Source: Myxococcota bacterium
GTDB lineage: Bacteria; Myxococcota; XYA12-FULL-58-9; JABJBS01
Assembly (NCBI GenBank): GCA_036339465.1
Contig: JAYZAY010000072.1
Coordinates: forward strand, 1-38,737
Direction: 5' to 3'
DNA length: 38,737 nucleotides
The position numbers were made by a program, and so were the translations under genes. Shown in pieces: positions 25,403 through 33,475 of the stretch. A model generated the notes under the pieces. That model worked only from the letters and a program-made list of their open reading frames with translations, ran no database searches and was not told the origin of the DNA. Position 1 is the first letter of the stretch, and each line of letters starts with the position of its first letter.

Positions 25403-28306
25403 ATGAATATTGAGGCGAAGGGTGATTTTGGCACCAGTTTTTTGGGGAAGGTTGCGCTCTGGTTTGGAGAGAGAGCCAGTGGTTATCCCAAGGTCACCTT
25501 AATCTCGGTTTCTATTTTAACGGTGGTGTTCGGTTTTGGGATGCGCCACCTTGAATACGATGACGATATTCTCAAGTTTTTACCCGAAAAGTCCCAACAG
25601 GTTTCAGAATTTCAAGAAATTGGAAAACGCTTTCAGGGATTGTCCATTGCATTGGTGGGGATCGAAGCTGAAGATGGTGATCTCTTCACGGCGAAACGGA
25701 TGTCACTTCTACGTGATCTTACGGAGGAATTAAAAGGCGTTCGAGGGGTCGCTTTTACCACCAGCATCACCACGATTCAGGACGTCTCCATGGAACCGGA
25801 TGGGGCCGGTGCAACGATGACGGTGGTGAAAGGACTGATTGACAAAATCCCCGCTCAGAACTCTCCTCAGAGCATGGATATTTTGAGTCATCTAAAGGCC
25901 AAGGCCCTGAGTCGAAGCCATGTGGCCGGGGCGCTTTTGTCTCACGACGCACGGGGTGCTTTGATCCTTGCCTATCTGGAGGAAGGTGTTCAGCAAAAGG
26001 ATGTGGCGGACGCCATCCGGCGTGTGGCCGTTCAAGAGGTCAAAGAAGCGGGGGAAGAGATTCGCCTTCATTTTGGCGGTACTCCTTTTGTGGGCAGTTA
26101 TATTGTTCACGCTACGCGCCGCGATTTGCTACGACTTTCTCTTATCTCGGGTGCTGCGATCGTGTTTATTCTCGTATTGACGGCGCGGAGCTTGGTGGGG
26201 TCTTGCATCGCCTTAATGGCAGTGGCCTATGGGATTTTATGGGTGCTTGGACTCATGGGGTTTCTGGGATACGATTTAACGCTGGTTTCGTCATCCTTAC
26301 CCATGCTTTTGCTGGCTTTGGGAAGTGCCTATTCGATCCACCTTCTGGTACGAGTCTTGGCGCATTTGGACAACGGAGAAGAGCGGGTCGACGCTGTTAG
26401 GCAATCTGTACAAGAGGTGGGCCCGCCTATTTTTATTGCCGGTTTAACCAGTGCCTTAGCATTTTTCTCTTTTGTCGCCATGGATATTGAGCCCATGCGG
26501 GCATTCGGGATCTGGATGTGCGTTGGGACCCTGGTGACGATGATTCTCGCCCTTACCATGGTCCCAGCGGCAGCGTGTCTGTTTCCCATGGGAATGCAAG
26601 GTGAGGGGCGTTCGCCGGCGTGGGCCATTCGTCTCTTGGTTCGACTTGCCCGCTGGGTTGTGGGGAGACCCGTTCTATGTACCCTGTGCTTGGTGGGATT
26701 GGTGATTGGGTGCTTTGTTCATCTAAACCCGGGTAAGACCCACATGACCATGCGGGACTTTTTTTTGGAAGGGAGCGAACCGGTGGCGGCCGAGGATTTC
26801 CTAGAGGACTACCTGGGGGGATCGGTCTATATGCAGATCCAGATCTCTGGGGATATCAAGAGTCCGATGGCACTACGGCAAATTGAGAAACTGTCGACCT
26901 TTCTAGAGAAACAGCCGGGTGTTACGGGGGTTCAATCCGTTTTTGAACCCATGGTTCTTGCGGGACAGGCTCTTCGGGGGGTTGCCACGCTTCCTCTTAA
27001 TTCCGAAGTTGTTCGTGCCATCGGGACCTTAGCGGAGGACGAACCGAATCTACGTGTGCTTGTGGATAAGGACTGGCGCCACACTTTGCTCCATGTGAAA
27101 GTTCATCGCGAAAATGTGGATGATGCGCTGAATCTGAGGACTGTGTTGGCGCAACCCGAGATGAGTCGACTCTTGGACGCTCGAGTGATGCTAGCGCGGT
27201 CCGGTCTTTCCGAAAAAGAGAAGGCCTGGGAGGTCTGGGAGGTGTTGGAGCATCTTCGCTGGCTCTATGCCGGCGAGCAGTGGCCTAACACATTACAAGA
27301 AACCCTACGAACCCTGATAGGCAAAGAGATAGTGCTCGACGCAACGCAACTCTCAGACACGGTGCTGTCGGTGATGCGGGCTGTGATCGAAGATGATGAG
27401 TTGATCTATCTACGGGAGGGTGTGGGACCTGAAGATTTTGATGACCGGATTTCAGCGGCCAAGAAAACCCGATTTTTCAACAAAGAAGAGGTCTATGGTA
27501 TTTTGGTGGGGGTCGCATCAGCCGAGGATCTGACCGATAAGGCCGCCTTCTCCGCGGCAGTGATGTCTGTGGTGGAGCGTTTGAATGAAGCATTGAGTTT
27601 AAAGCGGGCCGCACTAAGGCTTAAAGAGGTTACAACATTGTTGGGAGTCACCACCGATGAGCGATTGGAGCGCGTCGTTTGGGGCTTAGAGGAAATTAAT
27701 GTATCGTTACCTGAGGCGGTGGCTCAATCAAGGGTTCTGAGCCGCACGGCCGCTCTGGAATTGGCGGTGACGGGCACGCCCCTAGTTTACGAAGGCATGA
27801 ACCAAAGCGTCCAGCAAAATCAAATCAATAGCCTTAGTATTTCAGCCGGGTTGGTATTTCTCGCACTCGCATTTTTCTTCCGAAGTATCATCATGGCGCT
27901 CCTCGCTTCGGTTCCGGCGGTGCTGACTTTGTTTATTACCTTCGCCCTGATGGGTTACCTAGGGATTCCCATGGATGTGGGAACTTCCATGATGACCTCC
28001 ATCGCATTGGGGATAGGCATTGATTACGCGGTGCATTTTGTGTGGCATTATCGCCATCCTGCCCATCATGAATCCGAATCTGCCTTGGATGCTTCCATGC
28101 GGGTGACGGGTTGGGGAATCGTGGTGAATGCCCTTGAGGTCTCCATTGGATTCGGGCTTTTGGTGTTGGGAGCGATTGTTCCCATGCGTCATGTGGGTAT
28201 GCTGACGGCAACGGCTATGATCGTGAGTGCCCTCGCGACTCTTTTGTTGATCCCTGCATTAATGGAATGGTTTAAGCCCATGCTTTTACGAAAGCGGGCG
28301 GTTTGA
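25403..28306 (+). CDS. MMPL/RND-family membrane transporter (two-repeat, about 12 TM, large periplasmic domains)
   Basis: Repeat 1: TM1, loop, HFGGTP, ALGSAYSIH, GLTSALAF. Repeat 2: VTGTP, SIALGIGIDYAVH, GFGLL. ATG 25403 used; the track start is 25382. Confidence 0.88.
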   Translation: MNIEAKGDFGTSFLGKVALWFGERASGYPKVTLISVSILTVVFGFGMRHLEYDDDILKFLPEKSQQVSEFQEIGKRFQGLSIALVGIEAEDGDLFTAKRMSLLRDLTEELKGVRGVAFTTSITTIQDVSMEPDGAGATMTVVKGLIDKIPAQNSPQSMDILSHLKAKALSRSHVAGALLSHDARGALILAYLEEGVQQKDVADAIRRVAVQEVKEAGEEIRLHFGGTPFVGSYIVHATRRDLLRLSLISGAAIVFILVLTARSLVGSCIALMAVAYGILWVLGLMGFLGYDLTLVSSSLPMLLLALGSAYSIHLLVRVLAHLDNGEERVDAVRQSVQEVGPPIFIAGLTSALAFFSFVAMDIEPMRAFGIWMCVGTLVTMILALTMVPAAACLFPMGMQGEGRSPAWAIRLLVRLARWVVGRPVLCTLCLVGLVIGCFVHLNPGKTHMTMRDFFLEGSEPVAAEDFLEDYLGGSVYMQIQISGDIKSPMALRQIEKLSTFLEKQPGVTGVQSVFEPMVLAGQALRGVATLPLNSEVVRAIGTLAEDEPNLRVLVDKDWRHTLLHVKVHRENVDDALNLRTVLAQPEMSRLLDARVMLARSGLSEKEKAWEVWEVLEHLRWLYAGEQWPNTLQETLRTLIGKEIVLDATQLSDTVLSVMRAVIEDDELIYLREGVGPEDFDDRISAAKKTRFFNKEEVYGILVGVASAEDLTDKAAFSAAVMSVVERLNEALSLKRAALRLKEVTTLLGVTTDERLERVVWGLEEINVSLPEAVAQSRVLSRTAALELAVTGTPLVYEGMNQSVQQNQINSLSISAGLVFLALAFFFRSIIMALLASVPAVLTLFITFALMGYLGIPMDVGTSMMTSIALGIGIDYAVHFVWHYRHPAHHESESALDASMRVTGWGIVVNALEVSIGFGLLVLGAIVPMRHVGMLTATAMIVSALATLLLIPALMEWFKPMLLRKRAV

Positions 28307-28363
28307 ATCACAGTTTGAATCACAGTGTGAATCACAGTGTGAATCACAGTTTGAATCACAGTG
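28301..28363. repeat. Tandem repeat, 5 x 12 bp GT(T/G)TGAATCACA plus a partial unit
   Basis: Units start at 28301, 28313, 28325, 28337 and 28349 (variants T,T,G,G,T); the first unit contains the MMPL TGA stop. Confidence 0.95.
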
Positions 28364-28441
28364 CCAAGGACGTGCGGTGATCCCACTGAGTGGTATGAGT
28401 TTGACGATAGAACGGATTGGATATCATAAGGATATTTGAGA

Positions 28442-30001
28442 ATGAAAATATTTAGTAAGCAGTTCATGGTGTTTTTCGCGGCTCTCCTGGTGTCGAACCA
28501 GGCTCTAGGAGAAGGGGACGTCAGTACCTTTCTTGAATCGGATTTACGATTCACGGTGCCTGGAAAGGACCCCATCCAAGGGGAGTTGGCCAATCGGGTG
28601 TTGCGGATGGAAAATACCGCCGGGATCCGAGGCTATTTTGGCAATGATCAGGCCGGTGCCTTTTTCGATGGTAAGCTTGTTTTTTGGGGATTTATTGACG
28701 AGGGCCGGTTGGATGGACTCAACGACCGGACGTTTATGGATAAGTACCGTATCGAAAGTGACGGACTCTACGTCGAGTTTATCGACATGTGGCAAAGTGG
28801 ACTCGATTTGCGCTTGGGACGCCAAATTGTTCATTGGGGCAGTGCAGACCAGTTTAATCCCACCAATCCGGTGAACGCACTGGATTTAGAAGACCCCATT
28901 AAATTCGGAGATCGAGTTGCCAATGAAATGATTTATCTGACGTGGAATCTGCCATGGACTTGGGAGACTGGGGATGGGCAGACTGGGAATGGGGCTATCT
29001 TAGAGGAGATGTCTCTTTCTTTGGTGGTGGTTCCGGTTTTTCGTTCGAGCACAATTCCGGAGAGTGGTCTTTTGGTCATGAACGAACCTCGGTTGTTGGC
29101 GCAGCTTGTGAATACGCCCGGGCTGGTGCAAATGGCCAAGCTCAACGACCTTTTCGCCGAAAACGGTGGCACCGTGATCGTCGATGTAGAGAATGTCAAC
29201 CAACCTGCTGTCTCGATTGATAATATGCAATACGGAGCCCATCTTGAATGGACCTTGCTCGGTTTTAATTTGGGATTGAGCTATTATCGTGGTTATGCGG
29301 ATGTTCCCAATGCTTGGAAAATCGATCTCGATGTGAAGGATAAAACGGGGAAGGATTTGATTCCAGCTTTAAATGTCGTGCTCGACGCAGAGGATTCAGA
29401 CCTTCGCGACTTCGAATTGGTGAAGACGCTTATCGATACGAACATTGTTCCTTTAGATGGCACCACTGCTAAGACCATTATCCAGCTGGGTTATCCTCGA
29501 ATGCAAATGTTTGGCGGCCAATTTACCGGGAGCCTTGATTTTCTCGGAGGTTTGGGGATTTGGGCCGAGGTGGCGGGTTTTGTCCATGAGGGGTTTAATC
29601 TCGATCTTGATGTAGGAAACAAGCGGGTGACTGAAGTGTTGGCTGATACTTTTATAAAGGTGGCTGCTGGCATGGATTACAGCATCTTTTCCTGGTGGTA
29701 TCTGAATCTACAGTACCTTCACGGTTTTGTGGATGAATACGGTGCGGAAAATCTTGATGATTATATGGTTGCGGTGAATGACTTTAAATTGTTCGATGGC
29801 GCGGTGACAACGCGAATTTCGGTGATTCTAAATTTCCAAGACAAGAGCGGGGTATTGTATCCCAATCTTATCATGAATCTCTTTGAGAATTCGGCCATAG
29901 ACCTCGGAGCATTCGTCTATTTTGGGGGATTCGAAACCAAATTTGGAAGTCCAGCTGCGGGTCCCAACAGTGTGTTTCTCCGGGGACGATATTCCTTCTA
30001 A
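28442..30001 (+). CDS. Outer-membrane beta-barrel protein (DUF1302-like/porin)
   Basis: Sec signal peptide MKIFSKQFMVFFAALLVSNQALG; DLRLGRQIVHWG..D.FNP, amphipathic strands and a C-terminal ...FLRGRYSF beta-signal. Confidence 0.72.
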   Translation: MKIFSKQFMVFFAALLVSNQALGEGDVSTFLESDLRFTVPGKDPIQGELANRVLRMENTAGIRGYFGNDQAGAFFDGKLVFWGFIDEGRLDGLNDRTFMDKYRIESDGLYVEFIDMWQSGLDLRLGRQIVHWGSADQFNPTNPVNALDLEDPIKFGDRVANEMIYLTWNLPWTWETGDGQTGNGAILEEMSLSLVVVPVFRSSTIPESGLLVMNEPRLLAQLVNTPGLVQMAKLNDLFAENGGTVIVDVENVNQPAVSIDNMQYGAHLEWTLLGFNLGLSYYRGYADVPNAWKIDLDVKDKTGKDLIPALNVVLDAEDSDLRDFELVKTLIDTNIVPLDGTTAKTIIQLGYPRMQMFGGQFTGSLDFLGGLGIWAEVAGFVHEGFNLDLDVGNKRVTEVLADTFIKVAAGMDYSIFSWWYLNLQYLHGFVDEYGAENLDDYMVAVNDFKLFDGAVTTRISVILNFQDKSGVLYPNLIMNLFENSAIDLGAFVYFGGFETKFGSPAAGPNSVFLRGRYSF

Positions 30002-30113
30002 GTTCTGTGTCGCTCCACCTTAGCAGGCATGGCTGAGATATGGCGGGCAAGCATGCGGTCTGTCACGCCGTGCGCCGTGGATGGTCTCTGGCTTTTATGC
30101 TTTTTGCTTGCTG

Positions 30114-30127
30114 TGAAACGTGTTCTA
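30114..30127. promoter_or_regulatory. KstR-type operator TGAAACGTGTTCTA
   Basis: Ends 40 nt upstream of the SCP2 start; lies between a -35-like TTGCTG (30108-30113) and a -10-like TACAAA (30132-30137). Confidence 0.83.
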
Positions 30128-30167
30128 TTAGTACAAAACAACTGAACCCATGACTTTGGAGGAAGGA

Positions 30168-30503
30168 ATGCCTGCTATCAGCAACGCGAAGGAATACTTT
30201 GACAGCTTAGGGGAAAGATTTGTGACTGAAGAAGCCAAGGGGCTTAATGCCAGCTTCCACTTCGAATTGGCCGGGGATGACGGTGGTCTTTACACCGTCT
30301 TGGTGAATGACGGTCACATGGAAATTCAGGAGGGACCTTTTGAGGAACCGACCTTTACGCTCAAGATGAAGGGCGAGGATTATATCAAGATGGCGCATGG
30401 TAAACTGAATGGTGCCATGGCATTTATGACCGGTAAAATGAAAATATCGGGGGACCGCTCATTGGCTCAGACCATGAAAAAGATTTTTCCGATTATCAAA
30501 TAG
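30168..30503 (+). CDS. SCP2 sterol carrier (sterol-binding domain) protein
   Basis: FHFELAG..GG, PTFTLKM, GKLNGAMAFMTGKMKISGD signature; GGAGGA SD before ATG 30168. Confidence 0.92.
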   Translation: MPAISNAKEYFDSLGERFVTEEAKGLNASFHFELAGDDGGLYTVLVNDGHMEIQEGPFEEPTFTLKMKGEDYIKMAHGKLNGAMAFMTGKMKISGDRSLAQTMKKIFPIIK

Positions 30504-31617
30504 ATTTTGTTGTTTCGATTTCGGCCGATTGATTCTCATAGGTTCCGATTTCTCTTTTGATATTGTATTGAGAAAGAGCGGATAGGAAGTTGTCAACGTT
30601 GATAACCCTGTGGGTGGTGTGAAATCCTCCCTCGGCGGGTGGGTTGGTCCACAGCTCCATAGCGACGGCTATGGCCGCTGCCGCAGTGACGCCGTAGACG
30701 TCTGAGCCAGAAATACTATAGTAATGTGATGTTTGTGATTCAGGGTGGCTTTTTCCGGCGACGGTTGCCTTCCAGTTGGCGCTTTGTCTGGTTTCTGTGG
30801 ATGGGTTGGGGAGTCCGATTTTAATGAGTTTCTCCAGTAACCACCGACTCGTGGATGAAGTTACAAGTCCTTTGAGCCAGGCGGATTGTTGCCCTGAGAG
30901 CACATTTCTGGCCTCTTTTGGGGAAAGCAATAAATAAGCGTTGTATGTTTCAACATTTGGAAAATTGATTGGGGTGAGAATGGCGTCGCCGCCGGGGAAA
31001 GCAACGCCTAAAAGGTGGGAATCGGGCGGGAATGTTCGGAGGTTTGGTTCCATGGTAACGAATTTTGGTGCCAGGAATCCCCGGATATCGTGGGCAAGCA
31101 TGTTAAGTGAACTCTTGGCTGTCCCTCGGCTGATTTTAAAGCGGTCTAAATGGTAGAAACTTTCAAAGTGTTTTAAGGTTGGTTGTGCTTGCCTTAATTT
31201 GGCCATGGCGCAATATGCAAAAGCAAAATCACAACCATGTCCAGTCATGCATACCACTCCATTTTTGGCGGCTTCCCCTTGATATTTTTCGAGGGTGGTT
31301 TCCTGGAAATGCTGCTCAGCGGTAATGTCCACATAGTGTGTGCGTGCGTTAATGCATGCCTGAATGACTGGCTCGCATCGTGCGGTGTACGGACCGGCGG
31401 CGTTGATGAGGACAGAGAGTTCATGGAAGCCTGAGGCCTTGGAGGGAAGAACGCTGATGTCGAGTTCTTTGAGGTGGTGGATATTGGTGAACGTTTGTTG
31501 CAGTTTTGTGAGGGAGGACCTGGATCTCCCAAAAAGGGTAACTGGTACGTCTTTTTCTGCCAGAAGCCGGAGAATCTCACGGCCAGTGTAGCCGGTTGCG
31601 CCAAGTAGCCCAATCAT
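30496..31617 (-). CDS. Saccharopine dehydrogenase-like oxidoreductase (trans-acting enoyl reductase family)
   Basis: LGATGYTG, GR, INAAGPY..CEPVIQAC, HYVDITAE, SRGTAKS; 3' end overlaps SCP2 by 8 nt. Confidence 0.8.
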   Translation of the reverse strand: MIGLLGATGYTGREILRLLAEKDVPVTLFGRSRSSLTKLQQTFTNIHHLKELDISVLPSKASGFHELSVLINAAGPYTARCEPVIQACINARTHYVDITAEQHFQETTLEKYQGEAAKNGVVCMTGHGCDFAFAYCAMAKLRQAQPTLKHFESFYHLDRFKISRGTAKSSLNMLAHDIRGFLAPKFVTMEPNLRTFPPDSHLLGVAFPGGDAILTPINFPNVETYNAYLLLSPKEARNVLSGQQSAWLKGLVTSSTSRWLLEKLIKIGLPNPSTETRQSANWKATVAGKSHPESQTSHYYSISGSDVYGVTAAAAIAVAMELWTNPPAEGGFHTTHRVINVDNFLSALSQYNIKREIGTYENQSAEIETTKSI

Positions 31618-31718
31618 TGTTAGGTAACTAGCATTTGGAGAGGCTCAAGCCAAATTGATATAAGGCTTGGCGGTTTGTGAGCCTCGTGCTACCGATTCAA
31701 TTGAGAGGGGTGTTACCA

Positions 31719-32225
31719 ATGAAAGAGAGTATTCAAGATGACTTTGCCATTTCGGCGGGGGATTTTTTTTCACGGGTCTATCTCGATGCAGACTACACGA
31801 GAGCGCTTCACTTGGATGGAATGAAGTGTGTTAGTTACGAGGTCATAATGAATAAAGGCGACGTCCTGAGTGGGCTAGAGCGAAGTATTCGCAGTGTTCC
31901 TAATGTGGAGATGCCCAAAGCGGTGCAGAAAGTTCTGGGGAATTCAATCGCCTATACGGAAGTTGGCTATTTTGATAGCGAGGCTCAGAACTACCGGTTC
32001 AAAGTGTTGCCTTCTACTTTGCAAGAGAAGATTCGAATCGAAGGTCTATGCAGCGTTGAAGCACTTGACGAGACCTGCTGTAGGCGAATCTGCGATTTGG
32101 AATTCGAAGTGAAGGTTTTTGGTGTGGGCAAACTCATTGAGCAGGTGATCCGGAACTCTTATGTGGAAAACCAAAAACTCGCAGCCACTTTCACTGCCGC
32201 TTGGATAGCGAAACATCGCGGTTGA
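31719..32225 (+). CDS. DUF2505-like START/SRPBCC-fold lipid-binding protein
   Basis: 168 aa; P...MPKAVQKVLG..YTE and EVKVFGVGKLIEQVI followed by a C-terminal helix fit DUF2505; GAGAGGGG SD. Confidence 0.7.
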   Translation: MKESIQDDFAISAGDFFSRVYLDADYTRALHLDGMKCVSYEVIMNKGDVLSGLERSIRSVPNVEMPKAVQKVLGNSIAYTEVGYFDSEAQNYRFKVLPSTLQEKIRIEGLCSVEALDETCCRRICDLEFEVKVFGVGKLIEQVIRNSYVENQKLAATFTAAWIAKHRG

Positions 32226-32253
32226 TTTTCCTGTCGTGACTGATTAGGGAAAT

Positions 32254-32267
32254 TGGAACGTGTTCTA
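32254..32267. promoter_or_regulatory. KstR-type operator TGGAACGTGTTCTA
   Basis: In the short gap before the ACAD pair; overlaps a -10-like TATTAT at 32266-32271. Confidence 0.82.
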
Positions 32268-32281
32268 TTATGGGTGAATGC

Positions 32282-33475
32282 ATGAACGATTCATTTAAGC
32301 GGGAAACGAGGGCTTGGTTGGAGGCGAATGCGCCTAAGACGCTTCTGGGAACCCGCATGGGTAAATTTGATGGCTACTGGGGCGGCCGGAAGAACGAAGA
32401 GTCTGCCGATGATGTTCTTCGGTGGTTCGAGGTGATGAAAGAGAAAGGGTGGACTGCTCCGGCCTGGCCCAAGGCGTGGGGCGGAGGCGGCCTTTTGGCA
32501 GAAGAGGCGGAGGTGTTGAATCAACTTCTACAAGAATACAGGTTGCCTCCGCCGCTGGTTGGTTTTGGTTTGACGATGATTGGTCCAACGCTGCTTGATT
32601 TTGGAAGTGCGACGCAAAAAAGTAGTCATCTACCGCGCATATGCAAAGGGGAAATTCGGTGGTGCCAGGGGTATTCGGAGCCGGGTGCGGGATCGGATTT
32701 AGCGTCTTTACGAACGAAGGCGGTCAGCGATGGTGATGATTTCATCGTGAGTGGGCAAAAGATTTGGACGTCCCACGCGGATCGTTCGGATTGGATCTTT
32801 TGTCTCGTCAGAACTTCCTCCACCGGTAAAAAGCAGGAAGGTATCACTTTTTTGGTGTTTGATTTGAACTCCCCCGGAGTGGAGGTTCGCAATATAGAGC
32901 TTATCAGCGGGGCATCACCTTTTTGTGAAGTTTTTCTCGACGAGGTTCGGGTTCCGAAGGAAAACGTGATCGGTGAAATCGGCGATGGTTGGCGAGTGGC
33001 TAAGGCCTTATTGAATTACGAACGTTCGATGATTGGTGAGGCCATCGGGGGGCAGATGGCCCGAGTGGAAGCGGAGCTCCTTAGCCTGGCAGCAGAGTAC
33101 CGGGGTGTTGGTGGAGAGGTGCCCACAAGCTTAAAGGATACCATTGCGAAATTCTCAATGCGCGAACGTGCCTTTGTGTTAACGGTTCAAAAGGTGCGTG
33201 AGCAGTGGATATCAGGTAAAAAGCCAGGATTGGAGAGTTCAATCCTAAAGGTGGTTGGAAGTGAATTGAAGCAATGGCGGTGGGAATTGGCTGAGGAATT
33301 GCGAGGGCTTGAAGGAAGTGGATGGGCGGGAGAGGGGTTTAGCGAAGAGGCTTTAAGTGACACCAGGCAGTGGCTTCGATCTCGAGCGAACACAATTGAG
33401 GGTGGGACCACCGAAATACAACTTAATGTCATAGCCAAACGAGTCTTGGGACTGCCCCTTGATGGGAGGCGTTAA
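32282..33475 (+). CDS. Acyl-CoA dehydrogenase, catalytic subunit of a heteromeric pair
   Basis: WCQGYSEPGAGSDLASL, GQKIWTS, LNYER, RANTIEGGTTEIQ. Start is 32282 or 32270; the latter lies inside the -10-like element. Confidence 0.9.
   Translation: MNDSFKRETRAWLEANAPKTLLGTRMGKFDGYWGGRKNEESADDVLRWFEVMKEKGWTAPAWPKAWGGGGLLAEEAEVLNQLLQEYRLPPPLVGFGLTMIGPTLLDFGSATQKSSHLPRICKGEIRWCQGYSEPGAGSDLASLRTKAVSDGDDFIVSGQKIWTSHADRSDWIFCLVRTSSTGKKQEGITFLVFDLNSPGVEVRNIELISGASPFCEVFLDEVRVPKENVIGEIGDGWRVAKALLNYERSMIGEAIGGQMARVEAELLSLAAEYRGVGGEVPTSLKDTIAKFSMRERAFVLTVQKVREQWISGKKPGLESSILKVVGSELKQWRWELAEELRGLEGSGWAGEGFSEEALSDTRQWLRSRANTIEGGTTEIQLNVIAKRVLGLPLDGRR

Noticed and set aside
28301..28363. Repeat array as CRISPR or CRP site
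   Set aside because: Units are 12 bp and contiguous with no spacers or cas genes; TGTGA/TCACA spacing is 1 or 13 nt, not the 6 nt CRP needs.
28189..28593. Minus-strand ORF with TVIQ/TVIH repeats
   Set aside because: Shadow of the tandem repeat; overlaps two well-supported plus-strand genes.
31646..31669. Inverted repeat CAAGCC-N12-GGCTTG between the divergent oxidoreductase and DUF2505 genes
   Set aside because: 6-bp arms seen only once; cannot be distinguished from chance.
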